From positions 1 through 36,007 of the forward strand of contig JBGSTX010000008.1 in the NCBI GenBank assembly GCA_041736305.1: a stretch of 36,007 nucleotides of DNA, given 5' to 3'. Below are positions 9,682-19,175 of this stretch, in pieces. How positions within the stretch are numbered: position 1 is the first letter of the stretch; every line of letters begins with the position of its first letter. Below the pieces are notes generated by a model. It was given only the letters and a program-made list of their open reading frames with translations. It was not told the origin of the DNA and searched no databases. This DNA comes from Oligoflexus sp. (lineage in GTDB: Bacteria > Bdellovibrionota_B > Oligoflexia > Oligoflexales > Oligoflexaceae). A program made the position numbers and the translations under genes.

Positions 9682-11128
9682 GGTCACTGGCTTTATGAGC
9701 TATGCACGGGTAACGCCTAGTCGCGAGCCCGGGCCACAGCGGATCAAGCATTTTAAGGAATTTGCGAGTCCCCTGGCAGACGACGAGTTGAGACGTCAGG
9801 GCGCGCGTTGCATGGATTGTGGAGTTCCTTTTTGCCATAACGCTTGTCCTCTGGGTAATGTGATTCCCGAGTGGAATCATCTCAGTTCGGAAGAAGATTT
9901 CCGAACTGCACTGGAAGCCTTGCTCGCAACCAATAACTTTCCTGAATTTACCGGCCGCATTTGTCCCGCGCCCTGCGAATCTGCCTGCGTCCTTGGCATC
10001 AACGAAGATCCAATTGCTATCGAAGCTATAGAAATGAGCCTTGCTGACATGGGCTTTGAAAAAGGTTGGATTCGACCTCAAGCTCCATCGTTCCGGACAG
10101 GCCGCAAATTAGCCATCATTGGTAGCGGTCCTGCTGGATTGGCAGCCGCCCAGGAACTGAACCGCAAGGGTCACCTGGTCACAGTCTTCGAGCGAAGCGA
10201 TCGTGCCGGCGGACTCTTGATGTATGGTATCCCGGACTTTAAGCTGGGTAAGGAGAGGGTGCAGCGGCGTTTGAAATTGCTTGAAGACGAAGGCATCATA
10301 TTTCGCTGTGGCGTTAACGTCGGCAAAGATGTGAGCATGCAGGAACTCCGGGAGGAGTTTGACGCTATTGTCCTCGCCTGTGGTGCGACCCAAAAACGTG
10401 ATGTAGCCATACCGGGCCGCGAGCTTTCGGGCGTTTATTTCGCCGAGCAGTTCCTCAGCCAGTCGACCCGTCGTCAGCTGGGAGACATCCTGGACCCCAA
10501 TGCGGAGATTTTAGCCAGTGGTAAAGACGTCATTGTCATCGGCGGTGGCGATACCGGCTCCGACTGCATCGGAACTTCCAATCGACAAGGGGCTCGTTCG
10601 ATCACCCAGTTTGAAATTATGCCTCGCCCACCGCAGCTCAGTTCGTATCCCCGCGCTCAAGAGCGGCCTGAGGAAACGCCTTGGCCTGCCTGGACGCATA
10701 TGCTGCGGACCTCGAGCTCTCACGAAGAAGGCTGCTCGCGGCACTGGTCCCTGGAGTCCGTTCGCTTCGAAGGCGATGCGGATGGACGTTTAGAGGCTCT
10801 CATCACCAGGGAACTTGCCTGGTATACAGACTCCAAGGGCCACAAACGTTTTGAAGTTGTAGCTGGCTCTGAGAAACGCTGGCCATGCCAGCTAGTCCTT
10901 ATTGCGGTTGGGTTTGTCGGACCTGAGACCAGTGGACCTATTGCCGAGCTGGGTTTGAAGATGAACTCGCGCGGAACAGTTGAAGCGGACGAAGTCCAGT
11001 ATGCGAGCAGTGTACCCGGAGTTTTTGCCGCTGGCGATGTGCGTCGCGGGCAGTCACTGGTGGTTTGGGCTATCGCCGAAGGCCGGAAGGCGGCCGCGGC
11101 AGTCGATAGCTATCTCAGTCGTTCCTAA
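9674..11128 (+). CDS. gltD: Glutamate synthase small subunit
   Basis: RCMDCGVPFC, FPEFTGRICPAPCE, GSGPAG, GGGDTGSDC and GDVRRGQSLVVWAI motifs. GGAGG RBS; overlaps the gltB stop. Confidence 0.98.
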   Translation: MGEVTGFMSYARVTPSREPGPQRIKHFKEFASPLADDELRRQGARCMDCGVPFCHNACPLGNVIPEWNHLSSEEDFRTALEALLATNNFPEFTGRICPAPCESACVLGINEDPIAIEAIEMSLADMGFEKGWIRPQAPSFRTGRKLAIIGSGPAGLAAAQELNRKGHLVTVFERSDRAGGLLMYGIPDFKLGKERVQRRLKLLEDEGIIFRCGVNVGKDVSMQELREEFDAIVLACGATQKRDVAIPGRELSGVYFAEQFLSQSTRRQLGDILDPNAEILASGKDVIVIGGGDTGSDCIGTSNRQGARSITQFEIMPRPPQLSSYPRAQERPEETPWPAWTHMLRTSSSHEEGCSRHWSLESVRFEGDADGRLEALITRELAWYTDSKGHKRFEVVAGSEKRWPCQLVLIAVGFVGPETSGPIAELGLKMNSRGTVEADEVQYASSVPGVFAAGDVRRGQSLVVWAIAEGRKAAAAVDSYLSRS

Positions 11129-11375
11129 GAAGTGCCGGCCCAGTATTCTTCTTCTGCTGCTGCTTCTATCTATATTTCAGCTTGATTTAGCAGAAGCTGC
11201 CAAGCCTGATCCCAAGGATCGGGCTCCCTCCTCGCACTTGCTCGGTTGACCTTCCGAGGGAGACACAGTATTCCCAAGAAATGGATGATGATGCTGCAGA
11301 GAATCAGTCTCGGTAGGATCAGCCGGCCGGCGATCCAAGGGCACGGTGAACGCCCCCAGTTATAAGGTGAGCGCT

Positions 11376-12122
11376 ATGGGTAGTGAAAAAAAAAAGATCA
11401 AGCTCAAACTTCCCATTCACAAACAGCCTGATGACGTGACCTGCGGACCTACTTGTCTTCATTCAATCTACGAATTTTACAATGATACCATGGCCCTGAC
11501 CAGTGTGATTGGCGAGATTCCAATGCTAGAAACAGGGGGAACCTACGCCTCCAAACTCGGAAGTCACGCGCTGCAGAGGGGTTACAAGGCTCAGATCTGG
11601 TCCTTCAACGTCAATATTTTCGATCCGACCTGGTTCGGATTGCCAGCCGAGCAGATGTTTGAGAAACTTAAACAGCAGCGACATGCAAAAAAACATCGGA
11701 AGCTCAGAACGGCCACGGATGGCTATATGGAGTTTTTGGAAAACGGTGGAATCCTTCGCTTTGAAGATCTTACCCTCGAACTTCTGGAAGCCTGTCTGCG
11801 CGGGGGCCAACCTGTGATCGCAGGCCTCAGCGCAACGTATCTCTATAAAAGTATGCGCGAAGATCCGAAAACGGCGGAAAACAACGACGTCAAGGGTCTT
11901 CCTAGCGGGCACTTCGTGGTGCTGACCGGGATCGATGCGGAGGCTCGCACGGTGCAGATCACCGATCCATATTTTCCTAACATGCTGTCCGAGCACAACA
12001 CCTATACAGTGAGCGTCGCACGCTTGATCTGTGCGATACTGCTAGGGGTGATGACCTATGACGCCAATCTTCTCTTGATTCAGAAGAAAGAGACTTTGCA
12101 TGAAGAACCTCATCGTCGTTGA
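11376..12122 (+). CDS. Papain-like cysteine peptidase (C39-like family)
   Basis: Q-P-D-D-V-T-C-G-P-T-C-L (oxyanion Gln and catalytic Cys), GHFVVLTG (His) and ITDP (Asp). Start could also be GTG 11346. Confidence 0.8.
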   Translation: MGSEKKKIKLKLPIHKQPDDVTCGPTCLHSIYEFYNDTMALTSVIGEIPMLETGGTYASKLGSHALQRGYKAQIWSFNVNIFDPTWFGLPAEQMFEKLKQQRHAKKHRKLRTATDGYMEFLENGGILRFEDLTLELLEACLRGGQPVIAGLSATYLYKSMREDPKTAENNDVKGLPSGHFVVLTGIDAEARTVQITDPYFPNMLSEHNTYTVSVARLICAILLGVMTYDANLLLIQKKETLHEEPHRR

Positions 12123-13572
12123 TTCAGTCGATGAATGGCCTAAACATTTAGGCGATTTTGAGGTCATCAGCGACATCGACTACTTTGTCGACGAAAATTT
12201 TCAGGCCTGCAAGAACTATCGAGTGTTCAACCTCTGTAAGTCGTACCGCTATCAAAGCTCAGGCTACTACGTGTCTTTGCTGGCCGCCGCGCGCGGCCAT
12301 AAGCCTTTGCCTTCGCTTAGCACGATTCAGGAGATGAAAACCAAGGCGTTCGTCAAGATCACGTCCGAAACGCTTGACAGCCTCGTGCAAAAGTCTTTGG
12401 CTGAGATCAAGTCGGATACTTTCGAGCTATCCATTTATTTCGGCAAGAATATGGCCCGACGCTACGATAAGCTCAGCACCGAACTCTACAAGTACTTCTC
12501 TGCGCCCCTAATTCGCGCGAAGTTTGTAAAGAAGAATAAGTGGCTTTTGAGTTCTATCGGTCCGATCAGCCTCAAAGACGTGCCAGGTTCTCACAAGACC
12601 GACCTCATCAATTTCGCCGAAACTTACTTCAAGACCGGTACCACTAAAAAGCAGATAAAATCGGCTCGCTACAGCCTCGCTATACTGCGCAATCCCAAAG
12701 AGCAGTTTCCGCCTTCCGACGAGAAGGCTATACAAAAGTTCGCCAAGGCAGCTCAGCACTTCAACATGGAAGTCGATATCATCGGCCCCGACGATTTGCG
12801 GCGATTGGCAGAATACGATGCGCTTTTCATTCGGGAAACGACCAATGTCAATCACCATACCTTTCGTTTTGCCCAGAAGGCCAAGGCCTTGGGTCTGGTC
12901 GTAATCGATGATCCGGAGTCGATCCTTCGCTGCACCAATAAGGTTTTTCTCGCAGAACTCCTCAAACGGCACAATATACCGGCACCCAAATCGTACATGA
13001 TCCACAGCAAGAATATCGATCACGTCATCGATAAACTGCCGGTTCCCTGCGTTCTCAAAAGGCCCGATAGCTCGTTTTCACAGGGTGTAGAGAAGGCGAT
13101 GAATACCGTTCAGATTCGCGAGAAGGTCTCGAAAATGCTCGAGGACTCGGACCTCATCATCGCGCAAGAGTTCATGCCGACTGACTTTGACTGGCGGATC
13201 GGGCTCATTGATAACAAGCCGCTCTATGCCTGCAAGTACTATATGGCCCGTGGGCACTGGCAGATCTATAATACTGAGAACCGGCGATCCGATGGTGAGA
13301 TGGATTACGGGCATGCCGAAACTTTCCCTATGGAAGATATTCCACCGAAGTTGCGCATGTTAGCTATAAAGACGGCATCGGTCATCGGTGACGGGCTTTA
13401 TGGTATCGACATCAAGGAAAAAGACGGGAAGTTCTATATCATCGAAGTCAATGACAACCCGAGTCTCGACGCGGGAGTAGAAGACAAGGTGATCAAGAAC
13501 GGGCTCTACGAGGAAATTATGCGCGTTTTCCTCAAGCGCCTGGACCGCAAAACCAAAGGGTACACCGAATGA
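12100..13572 (+). CDS. RimK-family ATP-grasp ligase with N-terminal RLAN-like domain
   Basis: N-terminal VFNLCKSYRYQSSGYYVSLLAAARGH. ATP-grasp motifs YDALFIRETT, CTNKV, VLKRPDSSFSQGV, QEFMPTDFDWRIG, GLYGIDIK and IEVNDNP. Confidence 0.9.
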   Translation: MKNLIVVDSVDEWPKHLGDFEVISDIDYFVDENFQACKNYRVFNLCKSYRYQSSGYYVSLLAAARGHKPLPSLSTIQEMKTKAFVKITSETLDSLVQKSLAEIKSDTFELSIYFGKNMARRYDKLSTELYKYFSAPLIRAKFVKKNKWLLSSIGPISLKDVPGSHKTDLINFAETYFKTGTTKKQIKSARYSLAILRNPKEQFPPSDEKAIQKFAKAAQHFNMEVDIIGPDDLRRLAEYDALFIRETTNVNHHTFRFAQKAKALGLVVIDDPESILRCTNKVFLAELLKRHNIPAPKSYMIHSKNIDHVIDKLPVPCVLKRPDSSFSQGVEKAMNTVQIREKVSKMLEDSDLIIAQEFMPTDFDWRIGLIDNKPLYACKYYMARGHWQIYNTENRRSDGEMDYGHAETFPMEDIPPKLRMLAIKTASVIGDGLYGIDIKEKDGKFYIIEVNDNPSLDAGVEDKVIKNGLYEEIMRVFLKRLDRKTKGYTE

Positions 13573-14816
13573 GCGAGACTCCAGCTCGGACTTTGCATCT
13601 ATTCGAAGGCTACGGGATAGAACTTGAATACATGATAGTCGATCGACAGACTTTGGCGGTAAGACCTATCTGCGATCAGGTGCTCGCGCTCCTGGCTGGT
13701 GGGGAAACTGTGAATGAGGTCTCCCTAGGTCGCATCGATGTATCGAACGAGCTCGTCATGCACGTCATCGAATTTAAGTGCAATGGCCCGCAACCCGATC
13801 TCGTTCGGATGAGCCGATCGTTTCAAGAGCAGATTCATCGTATCAATGAAATTCTGGCTGATCGCTGGGACGCTCAGCTGCTGCCTACTGCCATGCACCC
13901 TCTCATGAAACCTCTCGAGGAAACGCGGCTCTGGCCTCATGGGCAGCAGAAGATCTATCAAACTTACGATCGGATCTTCAACTGCCGAGGGCATGGCTGG
14001 TCCAATCTGCAGAGCATTCACATCAATCTACCTTTCCATGGGGACGAAGAGTTCGGCAAGCTTCACGCGGCCATCAGACTGGTGCTACCCCTGCTGCCGG
14101 GATTAGCTGCTAGCTCCCCCATCGTCGAAGGACGGGTGACCGGAAAAGCAGATAATCGCCTGGATTTCTACAGTCAGAATCAGAAGCGTATCGGCTCTAT
14201 CATCGGTCAGATCATTCCTGAGAAAGTTTTTACACAGGCCGACTATCAACGAGTGGTTTACGATAATATCAAGCGAGACATCGCTCCCCACGACCCGGAT
14301 GAAGTCCTAGAAGAGGAGTGGTTGAATTCGCGCGGAGCCATCGCGCGCTTCGACCGGGATGCCATTGAAATTCGTTTGCTCGACATACAAGAGTCAGTAG
14401 CGGCAGATTTTGCGGTGATAAGCCTCGTGGTCTCGCTGGTGAAGAGTCTGGTGGATGAAAAATGGCTGGCCCTTTCCGAGCAGAAGAAGATAGACGAGGC
14501 GGGTCTGCGTGAAGTGCTGATGGGGGCCATTGCAGCTGGTGAAGCCTACCGTATCGAGCATCCGGGTCTACTCGCCTGCTTCAAGCAAAAAGTACCTATC
14601 AATCTCGGACGGCTATGGCGCTCGCTTGCTGAAGAACTGATTCACTGCGAGTATCAGGTGAGGGACTTTGCGGAAAACGTCAAAGTCATCCTCGAAAAAG
14701 GCACGCTCTCTACTCGCATGAAGGAGCAACTGGGAGCCGAGCCGAGCCGTGAAGCAATAGTCGAGACTTACCGTGAACTGGGAGCCTGCCTCGACGCGGG
14801 CAAAATCTATGGCTAA
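13569..14816 (+). CDS. Glutamate-cysteine ligase family 2 (GCS2) carboxylate-amine ligase
   Basis: GIELEYMIVD, NELVMHVIEF, AMHP, SIHINLPF, LAASSP and RGAIARFDRDAIEIRLLD motifs. ATGA overlap with the upstream gene. Confidence 0.88.
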   Translation: MSETPARTLHLFEGYGIELEYMIVDRQTLAVRPICDQVLALLAGGETVNEVSLGRIDVSNELVMHVIEFKCNGPQPDLVRMSRSFQEQIHRINEILADRWDAQLLPTAMHPLMKPLEETRLWPHGQQKIYQTYDRIFNCRGHGWSNLQSIHINLPFHGDEEFGKLHAAIRLVLPLLPGLAASSPIVEGRVTGKADNRLDFYSQNQKRIGSIIGQIIPEKVFTQADYQRVVYDNIKRDIAPHDPDEVLEEEWLNSRGAIARFDRDAIEIRLLDIQESVAADFAVISLVVSLVKSLVDEKWLALSEQKKIDEAGLREVLMGAIAAGEAYRIEHPGLLACFKQKVPINLGRLWRSLAEELIHCEYQVRDFAENVKVILEKGTLSTRMKEQLGAEPSREAIVETYRELGACLDAGKIYG

Positions 14817-15513
14817 GGACTGGGCTCTGCTCCTCACTTGTGAGCATGGAGGGGCTGAGATTCCTCAGCCTTACAGCTCCTACCTCAGTAGCTCCGATCG
14901 GAAGCTGCTGAAAACCCACCGCGGCTGGGACGCGGGAGCTTTAAAAATCGCCCGTCAGCTTCAAGCCGAACTAGATTGTCCTTTGATTTTTTCTGAAGTC
15001 AGCCGCCTCCTCGTCGATCTCAACCGCTCTGCCCATCATCACAGTTGCCTTGGACCTGCCTTTCGCGATCAGAGCGAGGATTTAAAGAAAGCAATTTTCG
15101 AACGCTACTACTGGCCACATAGGCAGAAGGTCGACGCCCAAATTCGAGGCCTCCTGAAAAAGTCGAATGCTGTCTTGCATATCGCGGTGCATTCTTTTAC
15201 GCCGGTCTTGAACGGCGAAGTTCGCACGGCCGAGCTGGGTCTGCTTTACGATCCGGCGCGCAAAAGCGAGAAGAAATGGGCAGATCGCCTCTATCAAGAG
15301 TTGAAGCCACTCCTTGGAGAGCTGCGTATCCGGCGGAACTACCCTTATCTCGGCAAGTCCGATGGCCTGACGCGAGCTCTCCGCAAAGACTTTGGAGTGC
15401 AGCGCTATGCGGGGATCGAAGTCGAAGTGAACCAGAATGCGGTAAAGTCAAAGAGTGAGCTGCAGAAGCTCGGATGGACACTCACCCAAGCGCTTCGTAG
15501 CTCTCTTCTCTAA
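14809..15513 (+). CDS. N-formylglutamate amidohydrolase family protein
   Basis: LTCEHGG, HRGWDAGA, SRLLVDLNR, YYWPHR, VHSFTP, NYPY and GIEVEVNQ motifs. 8-nt overlap with the upstream gene. Confidence 0.88.
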   Translation: MAKDWALLLTCEHGGAEIPQPYSSYLSSSDRKLLKTHRGWDAGALKIARQLQAELDCPLIFSEVSRLLVDLNRSAHHHSCLGPAFRDQSEDLKKAIFERYYWPHRQKVDAQIRGLLKKSNAVLHIAVHSFTPVLNGEVRTAELGLLYDPARKSEKKWADRLYQELKPLLGELRIRRNYPYLGKSDGLTRALRKDFGVQRYAGIEVEVNQNAVKSKSELQKLGWTLTQALRSSLL

Positions 15514-15548
15514 AAGGCTGGGGCAGGGCTGGCCGACAATTCCACGGC

Positions 15549-16886
15549 TCAATAATGAGTTTCGATATAGTTCAGCACTTCCGCACTCTCGTTGATTACA
15601 CGCGGCGTAATCTTCGGCACTTTACCAAAATAGCTAAACATCTGTAGGGTCCAAGGTCCTGTAAAGTCTAGCAGCAGCTCAGGGGTGGCAAAGCTGAGAT
15701 CCCACTTGCTGGAGCTGTATTTTTCGGCAGACTCGGGGATCTTGGCTCCTTGTTTCTCCTCAGCATCCTTAGCCCTTGCATAAGCCGTCAGTGCCCGATG
15801 ACAGCTCGAACAGTCGAGGTTTTTGGCATCGTGTAGAGCAGGATTTTCTATGGCCTGAATGTTGCTGATAATGCGTTGATTCTTGCTGAGCTGAGCCGCT
15901 TCACCTTGGTCTGGTGAGAGCCTGGAATCAAAAGGTTCGACGATGTAGAACTTGCTATTGCCGAGAGGTGAAACCTCGAGATCGGGATTTCCGCCATTTC
16001 GTTTTAGAAATTGTACCTTCGGTGAAAAGCCTTCCTGCGGGGCGTGGATCGCAGAAACATCATCCCTTAGGTATTTACCATTTTCTACCGTTAGGAGAGT
16101 CATCTGCCAGATAGAGCCGTTAGCTACCGCAGAAAGATGAGCGACGTTGGTCAAGTTCTCCGTCCGGGCATAGCGATCTACCATGCCCATGATGCCTTCA
16201 TAGTACGGACTAGCCACTCCTTCCTTGGCCAAGACAGGATGCGGAAGGAGCGGCATCGAGCTGCTGTCGACGCTCGCCTTTTTATGGAGCGAGCGCAAGT
16301 TTGCGACTATCTCACTAAACTCTTCGCGGGTGAGCTGATAGATCGCATGAATGTTGGCATCGCCGGGCACAGCGTCCATTTTTACCCCCGGAGGGCCAAC
16401 AGGCGCACGAAAGATCTGCCAGACCAGGCGGAGCTGCCGTAGGCACTGGTCGTCCTGAGCGGCCGCGACTCTTATATTCGCACAGGGATCAAAGCGTAAA
16501 GCCACTAAGCGAAATGTACTCAAGTCGATCTTTAAGTCTGTATTTGTGCCTGACGACAAATCAAAAGTTCGCAGTTTGGCTCTGAGAGCAAGTTCATCGT
16601 TGTGGATTTTCATAAGTTCTGCATCGAGGCCTGTGAAAACATAGGGGCTCGACCCGCTCGGACTTGCGAGCTTAGGTACTTTTTCAGCAAATTCTTTGAC
16701 TGCTATCAGAGGTATGAGGACAGACACATCGTTGAGTCCAAGAGTCGATTTCGCAGGTTCCGTTTGATTAGTTTCAGAGTTTTTGCCGCTGGAGTTGGTA
16801 CGACAGGTCACAAGCAAGAGGCTGAGGATACTCAAAGACAAATTTCGAGTCCAAGAACGCACCACGAGCTCCTTTTTTCCGGCCAT
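15549..16886 (-). CDS. Hypothetical lipoprotein with a single CxxCH haem-binding motif
   Basis: Lipobox LLLVTC and LDCSSCH near the C-terminus. An AAGGAG RBS suggests the real start may be GTG 16862. Confidence 0.75.
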   Translation of the reverse strand: MAGKKELVVRSWTRNLSLSILSLLLVTCRTNSSGKNSETNQTEPAKSTLGLNDVSVLIPLIAVKEFAEKVPKLASPSGSSPYVFTGLDAELMKIHNDELALRAKLRTFDLSSGTNTDLKIDLSTFRLVALRFDPCANIRVAAAQDDQCLRQLRLVWQIFRAPVGPPGVKMDAVPGDANIHAIYQLTREEFSEIVANLRSLHKKASVDSSSMPLLPHPVLAKEGVASPYYEGIMGMVDRYARTENLTNVAHLSAVANGSIWQMTLLTVENGKYLRDDVSAIHAPQEGFSPKVQFLKRNGGNPDLEVSPLGNSKFYIVEPFDSRLSPDQGEAAQLSKNQRIISNIQAIENPALHDAKNLDCSSCHRALTAYARAKDAEEKQGAKIPESAEKYSSSKWDLSFATPELLLDFTGPWTLQMFSYFGKVPKITPRVINESAEVLNYIETHY

Positions 16887-17061
16887 TTTGAGAGGACAAA
16901 TAAGAAAATAAATTTTGGGGATTCACATTTAGCTTAGCACAGTGCGAAGGACTTGGGTTAAGGCGTGCCAAAGCCGTTTAGTCGAGAATTTGTTGGGTAC
17001 TTCCCGGTTTAAAATTTTCGGCTGATTCGCTAATATCCGCTCAATCCACGTAGAGGTTTAC

Positions 17062-18093
17062 TTGAGAAAATACTTTGCATCCCTATTCATCGTCTCCTGG
17101 GCTCAGGCCTGGGGTTTTGTTGGCTTTGCCGCTCCACTGCCCCCTGTCGTCCAAGCGAGCGTGGCTAAAGATGTTCCTCTCACCGAGAACCTCCATCTCT
17201 ATTTTAAGGAGGGTGACAATCAACGCGAGCGCTTATTCAAGGCGACGCTTCCCCCCGACTCAGCTGCCTACGGCCGCATTGTTCTCAAGTTTAAACTGCA
17301 TTGCCCGAGTGGCGGTTGCGACTACTGGGATAGGGTGGGAAGCTTTGGAATCCAAGATAACAAGGGGCGCTTCTTCGAACTCCTGCGGTTTGTTACCCCC
17401 TATGGTATAGGTGGATCTTGGGAGGCGGATCTCAGTGCATTTAGACCACTTCTACTAGGCGAGAAGATTTTCCGGGTCGCTATCGATACCTGGGTAGGAC
17501 CAGGCAGTCCCTACGGAGGTGGATGGCTGGTCGACGCATCAATTCAATTTGTGCCCGGCTCAGATCCCCATAAATCAATCCTTGTTCTCCCTCTCTTGAG
17601 CGTCGAAGACATACCCTACGGTAATCCAGAGCTGGACACGAAACGATCCGCTAGTCTCCCACCTTTGATAGGGGCAGGCTCTGCCCAGCTGGTGAGTACA
17701 ATCACGGGCCATGGGCAAGGCAATGCGGAGAATTGCGCAGAATTCTGCCCAAAAAATCATGAAATACGCATAGGCAAGCAGAGCTTTTCCAAAATCATTT
17801 GGCGCGACGATTGCGCGACTACTGTTGATCCTCTTCAAAAAGGTAATTATTCCTACCCACGTGCTGGCTGGTGTCCGGGTGATAAGGTTGAGCCTTGGAT
17901 CATCGATATTAGCGCTGCACTTCTCAGTGGCCCGGCAGAATTCACTTACCAACCTGAAGCCTTTGAAAACAGCTGCCGACCCAAGTCACTCGTTTGTGAA
18001 GCTTGTGTGTTTGGAACGAGCTGTGAGTTTGACGGCGGACTTCATACCGAAGCTCGATATCTGGTTTCCACCTTTGTGGTCTACCGCCAGTAG
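17062..18093 (+). CDS. Secreted peptide-N-glycosidase F (PNGase F)-related protein
   Basis: Signal peptide. CDYWDR, ELLRFVTPYG, ITGHG, CAEFC and RAGWCPG motifs of PNGase F-like domains. GAGG RBS before the TTG start. Confidence 0.8.
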   Translation: MRKYFASLFIVSWAQAWGFVGFAAPLPPVVQASVAKDVPLTENLHLYFKEGDNQRERLFKATLPPDSAAYGRIVLKFKLHCPSGGCDYWDRVGSFGIQDNKGRFFELLRFVTPYGIGGSWEADLSAFRPLLLGEKIFRVAIDTWVGPGSPYGGGWLVDASIQFVPGSDPHKSILVLPLLSVEDIPYGNPELDTKRSASLPPLIGAGSAQLVSTITGHGQGNAENCAEFCPKNHEIRIGKQSFSKIIWRDDCATTVDPLQKGNYSYPRAGWCPGDKVEPWIIDISAALLSGPAEFTYQPEAFENSCRPKSLVCEACVFGTSCEFDGGLHTEARYLVSTFVVYRQ

Positions 18094-18108
18094 CCATCTC
18101 GCGTTGAC

Positions 18109-18136
18109 GCGAGCCCCAGCAGGCTCGCTTTTTTTT
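18109..18136 (+). terminator. Rho-independent terminator
   Basis: GCGAGCC-N6-GGCTCGC followed by T8. Confidence 0.9.
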
Positions 18137-18243
18137 CGCCATATTCCTCTGCAAGTACAATGAGATATAATATTTACCTTTAAGTAAACTCAGGCTTTTT
18201 TTCAGTTTTTCGCGCAGCGACCGAGAAATAATATACTTGAGCG

Positions 18244-18375
18244 GTTCTGGTGGCGGTGTGAATAAGCGGAGTGGAGTTGCTGTGGTAAACGTTCTCATCT
18301 AATGAGTACGTGTTTTTGGTCCCCTCTAACAACTGGTCTTGGGTGCGAGAGGTAAAGCCTCTCGCATCTCCTTTT
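18244..18375 (+). ncRNA. Candidate small RNA (about 130 nt)
   Basis: TTCGCG-N17-TATACT promoter-like site (18209-18237), an internal hairpin (18289-18311) and a strong terminal hairpin. No sizeable same-strand ORF. Confidence 0.4.
18341..18375 (+). terminator. Intrinsic terminator
   Basis: TGCGAGAGG-TAAAG-CCTCTCGCA stem, extended by G-U/G-C pairs, followed by CCTTTT. Confidence 0.7.
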
Positions 18376-18573
18376 GCTCCCTCCTAAATATTTTTCGCAA
18401 TGGCTGAAAATCCAAAACTGCTTCTTAACCCTTCTAAAAAAAATTGAGACATTTTTGTATTAAATCTAGTGGACTATGAGCCTTGACCTCTACCCCGGGC
18501 ATCATGTAAACAGGCCCCGATGGAGAAAAATAGTTTAAGCGTCCAGCCGCTGTTTTAACAAAGGAGCTAAGAT

Positions 18574-19173
18574 ATGCTTACTTTTCCTAGGTCCCTCGGA
18601 TCTCTGTCTCTATTTGCGCTTTCTGCAGTAGGAGCCGTTAACTCCCTTCAGGCTTCTGAAATGCCTGCAACCAGTGGCTACTTCTGCCAGCTTCATTATA
18701 CCAAGAATGCCTACGGTAAGCCCGTCGCCAGCGTCCTAGCCCATACAGGTGTTGAGAAAAAATGCGCAGGTACAGGAAACACAGTCACCTGGGATGATAT
18801 CAAAGATAGGCAGTTGGCAGCTTCCACTGATGGAGAGCAGTTTCAAGGCAAGATCCTTATGTTGGGAAAGACCAGCTCGAACAACGCCGAAGCCTGCACA
18901 CTTTCCCCAGTCGTCCAGTTTTGGGTGAAATTTGAAGACGGAAGTGAAAAAATAGAAGAGGTAGCGCCCATGCAGGTCAAGCGCCAATTCCTCGTCAATT
19001 CCAATCGCATCGAGGATAACCAGGATCTCGTCACCTGGATGAATTATCTTGGCAGCCTCGAGGATCGTGCGATCGAGAAGGTATCCTGCTTCAGTGCTCG
19101 GTCCGTCGGCGAAACGATAGTGGAACTGACCAATCAGGTGCAGCCTAGTCTCTTGCAGAAGGCAGAAAGGTAG
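18574..19173 (+). CDS. Secreted hypothetical protein
   Basis: AAGGAG RBS, N-terminal signal-like segment ending LQA, four Cys. Confidence 0.8.
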   Translation: MLTFPRSLGSLSLFALSAVGAVNSLQASEMPATSGYFCQLHYTKNAYGKPVASVLAHTGVEKKCAGTGNTVTWDDIKDRQLAASTDGEQFQGKILMLGKTSSNNAEACTLSPVVQFWVKFEDGSEKIEEVAPMQVKRQFLVNSNRIEDNQDLVTWMNYLGSLEDRAIEKVSCFSARSVGETIVELTNQVQPSLLQKAER

Positions 19174-19175
19174 CA

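Noticed and set aside
11281-11316. Micro-ORF MDDDAAENQSR as a RiPP precursor for the ATP-grasp ligase
   Set aside because: Poor RBS spacing and no graspetide core motif; the ligase is RimK-like.
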